DNA of 64,000 nucleotides, from assembly GCA_023411715.1 (NCBI GenBank), contig JAEYOM010000123.1:20225-84224 (forward strand), given 5' to 3'. The notes beneath the pieces were generated by a model, which saw nothing but the letters and a program-made list of their open reading frames with translations, was not told where the DNA came from and did not search any database. This DNA is from Bacillota bacterium. GTDB taxonomy: Bacteria; Bacillota; Clostridia; Acetivibrionales; DTU013. A program made the position numbers and the translations under genes. Of this stretch, positions 21,736-31,007 are shown piece by piece; the first letter of the stretch is position 1, and every line of letters starts with the position of its first letter.

Positions 21736-23082
21736 ATGAAAATTTTCGGCGAAATAGTAAAGATGTATTGGAACGGCCGCCTCAATACGGCTGGCGATCT
21801 TAACGGGCTTGCCGACGATATCAGGAATAAATATAACTTTAGCGATCGGGATATGCCTTTTATCAAGGACCATATCCGAATTGCACTGGGACAGGATCCG
21901 AAAGGCGGCAGGGAATTCTCCGACGAGCTTGATATCGTAAGAAAATCAGAGGCTGTCGGTGAACCGATCATCGCAAAGATAGACGGAGCCTGCGAATATT
22001 GTGAAAACCCCAGCTGCAGCGACCACTGTAAATATGAGGCCCAGATCTATAGAAGGAACGAAGGACCCGTCATCGAGAACAATAAATGCCTGGATTGCGG
22101 AGAATGCGTTGTCAGCTGCGACTTCGGCGCACTGGCCGACAAGATCGAGTTCGTCCCGCTGATCAACCTGCTGAAGGACAAAAGCAGGAAGGTTTTTGCC
22201 GTTGTTGCGCCGGCTATAGCCGGACAGTTCGGCGAGAACGTAACATTGGGGCAGCTAAGGTCAGCCTTCAGGGTAATGGGCTTCGAAGACATGATCGAGG
22301 TCGCAATGTTTGCCGATATCCTTTCAATACGCGAGGCGTTCGAATTCAGCCATCTCGTCAAAACAAAAAAAGATTTCTTCCTGACCAGCTGCTGCTGCCC
22401 GGTGTGGTTCAATCTGACCAGGAAAGGCTATCCGGAAATGTACAGGCACATGTCCCCCGCAGTCTCCCCCATGATCGCATCCGGCAGATTCCTCAAGGAG
22501 TTGTACAAGGACGCCAGAGTCGTCTTTTTCGCTCCCTGCATAGCGAAAAAGGCAGAGATCAATGAACCTGAACTGCGCGGCGCAATCGATTTCGTCGTTA
22601 ATTTCAGAGAGCTTGCCGAGGTCTTCAACGCTCTCGGAATACATCCGGAAGAACTTCCGGGCGACGAAAAGGATCAGGCGTCACTGGGCGGTCGGCTTTA
22701 TGCAAAAACAGGCGGCGTGAGCTTTTCAGTAAAAACCGTTGTTAACAGGCTTGAACCGAGCAGGGTCATCAAGCTCAAGTCGAAGCGCGTCGACGGTGTT
22801 AAAAACTGCAAGGAGCTTTTGGACAGACTGAATTCGGGAGAAGAAATAGACGCGAATTTCATAGAAGGCATGGGTTGCCCGGGAGGCTGTGTAGGCGGCC
22901 CGAGGACCAACATAGACGCAGACAGGGCAACCAGGATAGTGAATGAAACCGGGGAGGATTCTTTTATCCTGACACCTTTCGACAACCTGAACGTAATGAA
23001 AATCCTCAGACAATCAGGCATCCGTTCTATTGAAGAGATTGCTCAAAACGGGCATGTTTCAGAACTGCTGAAGCGTGAATAA
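21736..23082 (+). CDS. [FeFe]-hydrogenase family protein (ferredoxin-like 2x[4Fe-4S] domain + H-cluster domain)
   Basis: The H-cluster signatures are FLTSCCCPVW (L1, TSCCP), FFAPCIAKKAE (L2, PCxxKxxE) and EGMGCPGGCVGGP (L3). An upstream CxxCxxCxxxC ferredoxin motif is also present (CLDCGECVVSC). The start is taken at MKIFGE; the ORF is open to 21700. Confidence 0.8.
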   Translation: MKIFGEIVKMYWNGRLNTAGDLNGLADDIRNKYNFSDRDMPFIKDHIRIALGQDPKGGREFSDELDIVRKSEAVGEPIIAKIDGACEYCENPSCSDHCKYEAQIYRRNEGPVIENNKCLDCGECVVSCDFGALADKIEFVPLINLLKDKSRKVFAVVAPAIAGQFGENVTLGQLRSAFRVMGFEDMIEVAMFADILSIREAFEFSHLVKTKKDFFLTSCCCPVWFNLTRKGYPEMYRHMSPAVSPMIASGRFLKELYKDARVVFFAPCIAKKAEINEPELRGAIDFVVNFRELAEVFNALGIHPEELPGDEKDQASLGGRLYAKTGGVSFSVKTVVNRLEPSRVIKLKSKRVDGVKNCKELLDRLNSGEEIDANFIEGMGCPGGCVGGPRTNIDADRATRIVNETGEDSFILTPFDNLNVMKILRQSGIRSIEEIAQNGHVSELLKRE

Positions 23083-23206
23083 TGCGGGTTTGCATCCTCA
23101 GGTCACGGCCACTTTTCCCGTAGTTCTGTCAATCCTTCTCAACGCTTCAACCCCAAAACCAGTGTCCGGATGTCACCGAAATATGCATATAATTAAGTGT
23201 TTTCGG

Positions 23207-23235
23207 TTAAAATATTTTGCAGCAAAATATATTAA
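23207..23235. promoter_or_regulatory. 14-bp imperfect inverted repeat (operator-like palindrome) at the left edge of the AT-rich islet
   Basis: TTAAAATATTTTGC-a-GCAAAATATATTAA, 13 of 14 positions complementary, about 100 nt upstream of the next ORF. Confidence 0.3.
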
Positions 23236-23335
23236 TCTTCCATAGGCTACTCCACCTGCCACTGTGGCAAAACTATTGCTGGAACCATGAGTGGATTTGG
23301 CAGGGAGTTAAGAACAAACAGAAAGGATGCCAGTT

Positions 23336-23767
23336 ATGAATGAAGATACCGCTAAACTCTTGAAGGAATGCAATGCAGGGTGTAAATCGGCTACAAATAG
23401 TATGGAGCAGGTACAACCTTATATTACTGATGAAAAGCTTAAGTCTACTATCGATGAATATAATGACAAGCATATTAAAATTGGTGATGAATGTCATCAA
23501 ATGCTAAATGAGGTTAATGAGGAAGAGAAAGACCCCAAAGTTATGGCAAAAGCTTATTCATGGGTTAGTACTGAAGTGAAACTGATGATGAATAACAATT
23601 CCCATGAAATTGCTAATATAATGATTGATGGCTGTAATATGGGGATTAAATCAGTCAGTGAATATATCAATAAATATAAGGCAGCTTCTGAAGAAAGTGT
23701 GAATCTGGCAAAGGATCTCGTTAAGATGGAGCAGGAATTTATGGATGATATGCTTGTTTATATGTAA
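23336..23767 (+). CDS. hypothetical small all-helical protein (4 Cys; no family recognised)
   Basis: The 143-146 aa ORF is MNEDTAKLLKECNAGCKSATNSMEQV.... An AGGA lies 8-9 nt upstream of the second ATG. Codon usage is AT-rich. Confidence 0.5.
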   Translation: MNEDTAKLLKECNAGCKSATNSMEQVQPYITDEKLKSTIDEYNDKHIKIGDECHQMLNEVNEEEKDPKVMAKAYSWVSTEVKLMMNNNSHEIANIMIDGCNMGIKSVSEYINKYKAASEESVNLAKDLVKMEQEFMDDMLVYM

Positions 23768-23953
23768 AAATAAAGTAAGCTTATCTGATTAACACAGCAG
23801 GTCTTTCTATGATTTTGCCGTATGAAGCTGGCCAGATGGGGGGATGCGCTTTTTTCTTTCTTCAAGCACCCCCGACGGGCCAGCCGATAAAACGACGTGA
23901 AGAATACATGAGTGAGAATAATGAACTAAAAGTAAAAAATGTAAACCATTAAT

Positions 23954-24793
23954 CTATTTTATTGGCTTAAGCTTTTGATTTTGAATTAATAATTCTTTTA
24001 AAGCGTAAAAATTCTTATCAGGGTCTAAAAGTAATTCTGCAACCTTTTGAACTAACTTAACATCCTTACTACTCAAATTTCTCACAGCACTTAAAAACTC
24101 AGATTTAAGCTCCCAGTGAAGGGATTCTGTTAACTCTGTTTTTGGATTGTACCAAGGCTCACCATACAATATAGATAACAAGTCAATATTAAGGTATGAA
24201 ATTATGTATGCCATTCCCCAGCTTTCGTCCCAGCCATAGTCAAGTGGATTAATTTTGCCTTCTAATGCATCTAAATACACATTAGCAACATATTTAAATT
24301 CAGTCTTTGGAAAATCTACCTTTAAAAAATCAGCATCTAAAAGCATCCACTGTTCTTTTGTGTTATCCCAATATTCACATATCCAATGGTCAATGTTTAC
24401 ACCGTTATTCAGTATATACGGAGCAAATCCTGCCCTTGCTCTTGCAGGTATCCCTTTATATCGTAATACCGATACTAAAAGTAATGTAAAACCTCGACAT
24501 GTTATTATAACCCTATCTTTATAATCTTTATTGTCAATAATCCCATTTCTACTTTTTTCTGCTAGTTTCTTTAGAATCTCATATACCGTTTTAGGTTCAT
24601 TGTTCCAAATTTCGCTTTCATTAGGAGTTACACCCGGGTATTGATTTAATTTAGCAGGATGTATCAACTGCTGATTTACCAAGTAACAAATTTCAGTTAT
24701 GTTATTTGAAAAAACTCCATACATGTATGAATATTCTAACGGGTCTGTGTAATATGTCTGCTGTAGGTAGTGCTCAATTTGTTTTTTATCCAT
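23954..24793 (-). CDS. transglutaminase-like (papain-fold Cys-His-Asp) domain protein
   Basis: ...VITCRGFTLLLVSVLRYKGIPARARAGF...DHWICEYWD...WMLLDAD... shows the Cys/His/Asp order typical of bacterial transglutaminase-like cores. GGAGGA precedes the ATG at 24793 (MDKKQIEHY); the ORF is open to 24859. Confidence 0.7.
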   Translation of the reverse strand: MDKKQIEHYLQQTYYTDPLEYSYMYGVFSNNITEICYLVNQQLIHPAKLNQYPGVTPNESEIWNNEPKTVYEILKKLAEKSRNGIIDNKDYKDRVIITCRGFTLLLVSVLRYKGIPARARAGFAPYILNNGVNIDHWICEYWDNTKEQWMLLDADFLKVDFPKTEFKYVANVYLDALEGKINPLDYGWDESWGMAYIISYLNIDLLSILYGEPWYNPKTELTESLHWELKSEFLSAVRNLSSKDVKLVQKVAELLLDPDKNFYALKELLIQNQKLKPIK

Positions 24794-25539
24794 TTTGTTC
24801 CTCCAACGTTCAATTTGTGAATCTATAATACTATAAAAAAATGGAAATAAGAAAATCATTAATAACGGAATTTACATTTTGATATACTGTTAATGTGATT
24901 TGATTAACAATACTAAGCTAATGTTTAATGTATTAAGAGAAATCTAGTCACTTCGCGATTTTTATGATAAAGTATAATTACAAATTCGAAAAAATAATAT
25001 TTTTTTCCACGGCATAATAAAATAAGCACATAACAAAAATATCGAAAAGCTCAAGAGAATTACCTCCTGAGCATTATAAAAAGTCAATCTTAATCTCTGC
25101 ATCCTATTTTAGTCGTACATACGAAATCCTATTAATTATCTGCTTTGTCTGAGCTTGTATTAGAGTTCCCCTTTTGCTGGACTCTCCTACTTGCTCCTTA
25201 TATAAGTATGATTTGGATAGAGTTCCATTAAGACCAACCTTACCTTGTTGATCTTAGGCAAACCGATACGCATTACTTCTGCTGGGAGGAGCACATCCGT
25301 CATTCTCCAGCCTGGTTTACAGTTCAGAACTAACTGGGTAGGGTTATCCGTTCTATATAACAGTCGACGTTTTAAGAACAATTTTCCACTATAGTTGTTT
25401 CTTACATTGACCAACTATTTGTTAACAACTATAATTTAAAGTAAAAATTTTGAAGGGAGTTGATAGTTATGGGAATCGATAAAATGGTAGCTTGTAACAA
25501 TAATAAAAGGAGGGTGACCATAATTTAGCCCTCTTAAAA

Positions 25540-26379
25540 ATGGAGGAAGTTATGTTAAATAAATTAAGCGATTACTTAATAAAGCCAAAGCTCTATGCTC
25601 CAAGCACAGGTACGTTCTGGGATGATGAGCATATATCGAAAGGAATGCTTGAAGCACATCTCAATCCTAAATGGGATGCAGCAACCCGGAAACTCGATTT
25701 TGTTGATAAATCAGTAAAGTGGATTGCTTCCATAGCTCAACCTGCACAATTTGAACAATTACTTGATTTAGGTTGCGGACCGGGTATTTATGCAGAACGT
25801 TTTCGTAAGGCAGGTTATACGGTAACAGGTATTGATTTTTCAAAGCGTTCAATCGAGTATGCAAAAGAACAAACGTTACTTAATAAAAGCAATATCGAGT
25901 ATTATTACCAAAACTATTTGACAATTGATTACATAGAAAAGTTTGATGTAATCACATTGATTTATTGTGATTATGCACCTTTATCATTTACGGATAGGCT
26001 TATTCTATTGAGAAAAGTATATCAAGCATTAAAGCCGAACGGGAAGTTCATTTTTGATGTGTTTACACCTCTTATGAGAAAAGCAGAAAGTCGTTCATGG
26101 TATTACAGTGAAGAGAGTGGATTTTGGAACGAAAAGCCCCATATTTGCTTAGATGCCGTTTATCAATATGATGAAGATAATACGGAATTAAGGCAGTCTA
26201 TTGTGATAACCGAAGATACTGTAAATTGTTATAATATATGGGACCACTTTTTTACCAAGGAAGCATTGATATCAGAAATTCAACCCATAGGTTTCAATTC
26301 ATTTGAATTTTATGGTGATATTGCCGGAAAGGAATTTTCAGATACAGGAGAAACTATTTGTGGTGTTTTTACAAAGTAG
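25540..26379 (+). CDS. class I SAM-dependent methyltransferase
   Basis: Motif I is LLDLGCGPGIYAERF, followed by ...VTGIDFSKRSIEYAK... and ...LKPNGKFIFDV.... Confidence 0.85.
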   Translation: MEEVMLNKLSDYLIKPKLYAPSTGTFWDDEHISKGMLEAHLNPKWDAATRKLDFVDKSVKWIASIAQPAQFEQLLDLGCGPGIYAERFRKAGYTVTGIDFSKRSIEYAKEQTLLNKSNIEYYYQNYLTIDYIEKFDVITLIYCDYAPLSFTDRLILLRKVYQALKPNGKFIFDVFTPLMRKAESRSWYYSEESGFWNEKPHICLDAVYQYDEDNTELRQSIVITEDTVNCYNIWDHFFTKEALISEIQPIGFNSFEFYGDIAGKEFSDTGETICGVFTK

Positions 26380-26458
26380 AATCTTCGGATAGTTTAAGCA
26401 TTCGCTCGTGTTATAGGATTTCCAAATACCAGCGAAGAAAATAATAGTACTACACACA

Positions 26459-26497
26459 AAAGCGTACCCTTTGGCTCTGTGCTGAAAGGTACGCTTT
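26459..26497 (+). terminator. hairpin downstream of the methyltransferase gene
   Basis: AAAGCGTACC (26459-26468) pairs with GGTACGCTTT (26488-26497). A second hairpin, TAAAGAGGCAG/CTGCCTCTTTA, lies at 26684-26716. Confidence 0.5.
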
Positions 26498-26773
26498 ATC
26501 TATGTAATGTCATCTTAATAACCTGTTTAGCATCCTGTCCTAACGACCAGAATGTACTGCTTAAATCCATCGTAAAAAAAATATGCTATGATAGACATGG
26601 AGATACCATCACATTTGATATTGAATATTATTAAGAACTTTAAGTCATAATCGAATTTATCCCTGAATAATGGGTATTATATATAAAGAGGCAGAAATAT
26701 ACTAACTGCCTCTTTATACTATCAGAACAATTACACGGTAGTAAATCGTATTACATAAAGGAGGTGATGCCCT

Positions 26774-28843
26774 ATGACAACAAATAACAGAATGCCCAAT
26801 AGACTTCTACAGGAAAAGTCTCCTTATCTGTTACAGCACGCCTACAATCCAGTTGATTGGTATCCGTGGGGTAGCGAAGCATTTGCGAGAGCTGTAGCTG
26901 AAGATAAACCTATCTTTCTATCTATTGGGTATAGCTGAATTTGCTGTTAATTACGCACTTGTCACTGGTGCCATGTAATGGCGCATGAGAGCTTTGAGGA
27001 TACCGAGGTAGCAAACCTGCTGAATAAAGAGTATGTTACTGTCAAGGTGGACCGTGAGGAACGCCCGGATATAGACAGTATTTACATGTCGGTCTGTCAG
27101 GCGCTTACTGGACAGGGCGGCTGGCCGATGACGATCATAATGTCGCCGGATAAAAAGCCGTTCTTCGCCGGTACCTATTTCCCAAAACATAACCGCATGG
27201 GTATGCCGGGGCTTATCACCATTCTGGAGAGAACCTCCGAAGCCTGGAAGGACAGCCGCGAGAGTATCATGGATGTATGCGCCGAAATCACGGATTCCTT
27301 ATCGGAACAGCATGCGGCTTTGGAACAAATCGATTACAACCGTATGATAACAGCTGCATACGAGCAGTATAGGAATTCCTTCGACAGCATGCACGGTGGC
27401 TTCGGGAATGCACCGAAATTCCCTTCGCCGCATATATTGAGCTTTCTGCTGAGATACTGGAAGCTGGCCGGCAACCAGGCTGCGCTGAAAATGGCGGAAA
27501 AGACACTGGATGCCATGAAGCGCGGCGGGATATTCGACCACATCGGCTACGGTTTCTGCAGATATTCGACAAACAGGACCTGGCTCACACCGCATTTCGA
27601 AAAGATGCTTTATGACAATGCACTTTTGGCAATAGCCAATCTTGAAACCTACCAGGCTTCCGGCAACGGCAGTTATGCCAAGACGGCCAGGGAGATCTTC
27701 ACGTACGTGCTCAGGGACATGACCTCCCCGGAAGGCGGATTCTATTCGGCTGAAGATGCGGACTCCATGGATGACGAAGGGCACATGGAAGAAGGACGGT
27801 TCTATACCTGGACTCCCGGAGAAGTGAGGAGCGTACTCGGAGAAGGAAACGATGCCGAAAGGTTCATGGTACTTTTTGACATAACCGGTAGTGGAAACTT
27901 TGAGGGGCGCAGCATACCAAACACCATAAAGGGCAGCGTACCCGGAAGCGACCTGGATTTTGTGGAGCGTTGCCGGGAAAAGCTTTTTGAAAGCCGTGAA
28001 AAAAGAAAACATCCGTTCAAGGACGACAAAATACTGGCTTCCTGGAACGGTCTAATGATAGCCGCCATGGCAATGGGAGGCAGGATCCTCGGCGATCCGT
28101 CCTATACCTCTGCAGCTGAAAAGGCTGCGGAATTCATAATGTCAAAGCTTATCGATGAAAAAGGCCGGCTGCTGGCCGTCTACCGCGACGGAGCATCTCC
28201 TCTGAAGGCCTATGCGGACGACTATACATTTATGGTCTGGGGCATGCTCGAGCTATATGAGACGACTTATAGACCGCAGTACCTTCAGAGCGCCGTAAAG
28301 CTAAACGGTTCACTGCTCGATCTATTCTGGGATGACGACGCCGGCGGCCTTTTTATGTACGGCAGCGACAGCGAACAGCTCATCGCACGTCCCAAGGAAG
28401 GATACGACGGGGCTACGCCCTCGGCAAACTCTGTTGCCGCCAATAATCTGATAAGGCTTGCCAGGCTGACGGGCAAATACGAGTTCGAAGAGAAAGCTCA
28501 TCAGATAATCAAGGCTTTCTCAGGCAGTATAGACGCTTATCCGGCAGGGTTCAGCCATATGCTGAATGCCCTGATAATGCTTGAAGCAGGAGGCCATGAG
28601 GTGATCGTCACAGGGAGGCCCGAGGAAGGGGCGACAGAGCTTATCAATACACTCAGACAAGGTTTCAGGCCGTTTACCGTAACCCTGCATTACGACAAAT
28701 CTGCTGAGGATCTGGCAAAGCTGGTGCCTTACATTATGGATTATTCAACAGTCGGAGGCAAAGCTGCCGCATACGTTTGCAGAAACTTTACCTGCAACAG
28801 GCCCGCGACCGATGCCGCGGACCTGAAAGAATTACTGCAGTGA
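26774..28843 (+). pseudogene. YyaL/DUF255-type thioredoxin-domain protein, interrupted by a 21-nt in-frame insert with two stop codons
   Basis: The N-terminal 54 codons ([54 protein letters not shown]) end at 26935. Positions 26936-26956 (TGAATTTGCTGTTAATTACGC) read *ICC*LR in the same frame. From 26957 that frame continues [15 protein letters not shown]... to 28843. The start coordinate is +/-1 nt. Confidence 0.85.
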
Positions 28844-28845
28844 TA

Positions 28846-28917
28846 CTTTTACCGGGCTTAATGCTTTTGCCGGGCTTAATTCTTTTGCCGGGCTCAATTC
28901 TTTTGCCGATCTTAATT
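28846..28917. repeat. 4 x 18-bp tandem repeat (CTTTTGCCGGGCTTAATT consensus) in the convergent intergenic gap
   Basis: The units lie at 28846-63, 28864-81, 28882-99 and 28900-17, with 1-3 substitutions each. The last unit contains the stop codon of the minus-strand lipoprotein gene. Confidence 0.95.
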
Positions 28918-29919
28918 TTTGTCGACCGTTATATCGCCCGTGCCGGATTTGATCTCTATATCAGCTCCGCCTCCGTTGACGTCCTGCACCAGCGAGTCGC
29001 CTACTAAGCCTTCGCCGTTACTGATGAGATTCCCGTCTATACTGCCGACTCCGGTCGATGCATCGATACTGAATTTCGAATCTCCCGGCAGTCTGAGTAT
29101 CATTTTCCCTACGCCGCTCTTTATCGTAAGGTGTGAAAGCTCTTTTATGTCTCCGTCTATGGATATATCGCCTTTTCCGTTTGTAAAGGTGCATTCATCG
29201 GTCAGCGAAACATTTTTCAGGCTGATATCGCCAACTCCGTCCGCAATCTCGGCTTTACCCTTCAAAGCAGCGATCGTTATATCGCCAACGCCGTCTGCGA
29301 TCTTGAATTCCTTAATATTTTCCGGCACTTTTATATCAAGATCCACCGATACGTTCATAGCCTTGTAATGAGCGGAAAGCCAGTGCCAGAAATCTTCCGT
29401 TTCGTCGTCCCTCACCTTTACGTTGACTGTAAGTTCGTCCCCTTTGGTCTCAGTTTTAACCAGGATCTGATCCATTATCTCATCTATATTTGTGCCGAGT
29501 CCCCTCACTTCTTTGCTGTAATGTATTTCCACCTTGTCTTTCGAAGCCTTCGACAGCTTTATAGCGCCGACCCCATTGGTTACAATGAGTTTACTCAGAT
29601 CTTTACCTTCAACCGTGAGATCATCGGAAGCGTTGCCCGTATCCTGTTTTCCCGAGCTTACTTTGTCTGAAACATTAACAGTGTCCTGATTCACGGAGCC
29701 TTTGTCGGAAGCATTTCCAGTATCCTGATTCCCGGAGCCTTTGTCGGAAGCATTTCCCGTATCCTGATTCACGGAGCCTTTGTCGGAAGCATTTCCCGTA
29801 TCCTGATTCACGGAGCTTGCTCCGTCCGAATGAGCTGTAGGTATATCAAGGTCAATACTGCAGCCTGCGAAAGAGATCATGGAAACAGCCAACAAAACAA
29901 CCAAAATTAACTTTTTCAT
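28912..29919 (-). CDS. lipoprotein with N-terminal Asp/Gly/Asn/Thr-rich 13-aa repeats and a DUF4097-like beta-repeat ('putative adhesin') domain
   Basis: The lipobox is MKKLILVVLLAVSMISFAGCS. Repeats (SVNQDTGNASDKG)n follow. The C-terminal part has recurring ...GVGDI.../...GKGDISI.../...GTGDITV... strands like the DUF4097 protein at 31000. Confidence 0.8.
   Translation of the reverse strand: MKKLILVVLLAVSMISFAGCSIDLDIPTAHSDGASSVNQDTGNASDKGSVNQDTGNASDKGSGNQDTGNASDKGSVNQDTVNVSDKVSSGKQDTGNASDDLTVEGKDLSKLIVTNGVGAIKLSKASKDKVEIHYSKEVRGLGTNIDEIMDQILVKTETKGDELTVNVKVRDDETEDFWHWLSAHYKAMNVSVDLDIKVPENIKEFKIADGVGDITIAALKGKAEIADGVGDISLKNVSLTDECTFTNGKGDISIDGDIKELSHLTIKSGVGKMILRLPGDSKFSIDASTGVGSIDGNLISNGEGLVGDSLVQDVNGGGADIEIKSGTGDITVDKN
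29622..29816 (-). repeat. about 5 x 39-bp tandem coding repeats
   Basis: GTATCCTGATTCACGGAGCCTTTGTCGGAAGCATTTCCC recurs nearly perfectly. It encodes the 13-aa units of the lipoprotein. Confidence 0.9.
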
Positions 29920-30093
29920 ATATTTACCTCTTTTCGATATTCTAGAGAATTGTACGAAATTGGAAAATAATTGTCTGGCATTCTATCAAATAATGTTTAG
30001 TAAATATTTTTATTTGGTATCTTGCAATGCAATATAGCGTGTGATATCATATAGCCAGGGAAAATCAACCACCTTCAGGAAAGGAAGATAATT

Positions 30094-30414
30094 ATGAACA
30101 TTCAGCTGAAGAAAGGCGTTCTTGAATTGTGCGTACTCAGCATGCTAACAAATAAAGATTGTTATGGCTATGAACTTGTCAACGAGATCTCCAAAAACAT
30201 AATGATCGCTGAAGGCACCATATATCCCCTGCTTAAACGCCTTAAAGATGAGGGTTACCTCACCACCTATCTGGAAGAATCCCAGGAGGGACCATCGAGA
30301 AAATACTACAAATTAACGCCGCTTGGTATCAAAACAAAGGCCGAACTCGTCAAGGAATGGGTCTCCCTGGTCGAAGGGGTCAACAATATCATCGGCAAGG
30401 AGATGATAGCATGA
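30094..30414 (+). CDS. PadR family transcriptional regulator
   Basis: 106 aa. [28 protein letters not shown]...[20 protein letters not shown] is the canonical PadR winged helix. Confidence 0.93.
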   Translation: MNIQLKKGVLELCVLSMLTNKDCYGYELVNEISKNIMIAEGTIYPLLKRLKDEGYLTTYLEESQEGPSRKYYKLTPLGIKTKAELVKEWVSLVEGVNNIIGKEMIA

Positions 30415-31007
30415 ACAGGAATGAATTTATATCAACACTCAGAAACGGTTTAGGCAATATCTCTTCCACTTCAGTAGAGGAAATAATGTACGATTACCGT
30501 GAACACTTTGATATCGGCCTGGGGCAGGGAAAAACAGAAGATGAGATATCACGGTCGCTTGGCGATCCAAAGCTGATAGCAAGACAATACAGGGCCGAAT
30601 ATATCGTACATCAGGCGGATAAGCACAGTTCGGGCGCAAATGTACTGCGGGCGGTTTTTGCGGGAATAAGTCTGGGATTCTTCAATCTGATTTTTATGAT
30701 ACCGGTTTTGGCAGCCATAGCAGCAATACTGGCATCTTTTTACGCCGTCTCGCTGTCGCTGACAATCGCTGGGCTGCTTAGCTTCCTTGCGGCCACTCTA
30801 TCGTCGGTGATCCCGTGGATATCGATGCCTCCGATAAGTCCGGCTGTTATAGTATTTGCATCCATCAGTGTCGCATCGCTTGGACTGTTGATCGGATTGG
30901 GAACGATACAGCTCACGAAATGGTGTCTCAAACTGACTGCCGGATATATTAAAACAAATATCAATATAGTTTCAAAAAGAGAAGGAGAGAGTGTAAACGA
31001 TGTTTGA
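30411..31007 (+). CDS. DUF1700-type (HAAS) membrane sensor partner of PadR
   Basis: ATGA overlap with the padR stop. [57 protein letters not shown] is followed by 3-4 TM helices. Confidence 0.8.
   Translation: MNRNEFISTLRNGLGNISSTSVEEIMYDYREHFDIGLGQGKTEDEISRSLGDPKLIARQYRAEYIVHQADKHSSGANVLRAVFAGISLGFFNLIFMIPVLAAIAAILASFYAVSLSLTIAGLLSFLAATLSSVIPWISMPPISPAVIVFASISVASLGLLIGLGTIQLTKWCLKLTAGYIKTNINIVSKREGESVNDV

Noticed and set aside
25187-25414. 75-codon open frame (TTG start) in the AT-rich islet, considered as a transposase, integrase or group II intron remnant.
   Set aside because: I found no DDE, tyrosine-recombinase, serine-recombinase or reverse-transcriptase motif, no inverted repeats and no RBS. 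I cannot name a family, so it is kept only as a possible coding relic inside the islet finding.
26936-26938. The TGA at the start of the yyaL insert, considered as a selenocysteine or read-through codon next to a redox motif.
   Set aside because: A second stop (TAA) follows four codons later in the same frame. No SECIS-like hairpin is evident downstream, and the family has Ser-Thr-Cys here with no extra residues.
28846-28917. Tandem repeats considered as a mini CRISPR array. The arrays at 29622-29816 and 38701-39070 were considered in the same way.
   Set aside because: The units are directly adjacent with no unique spacers, are only 18-39 bp long, and two of the three arrays lie inside coding sequence. 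No cas genes are in the window.
28777-29007. 76-aa plus-strand ORF reading LLPGLMLLPGLILLPGSILLP. Plus-strand ORFs at 38814-39077 and 38914-39111 have similar repetitive translations.
   Set aside because: These are by-products of reading tandem repeats in another frame or strand. They overlap well-supported genes and have no start context.
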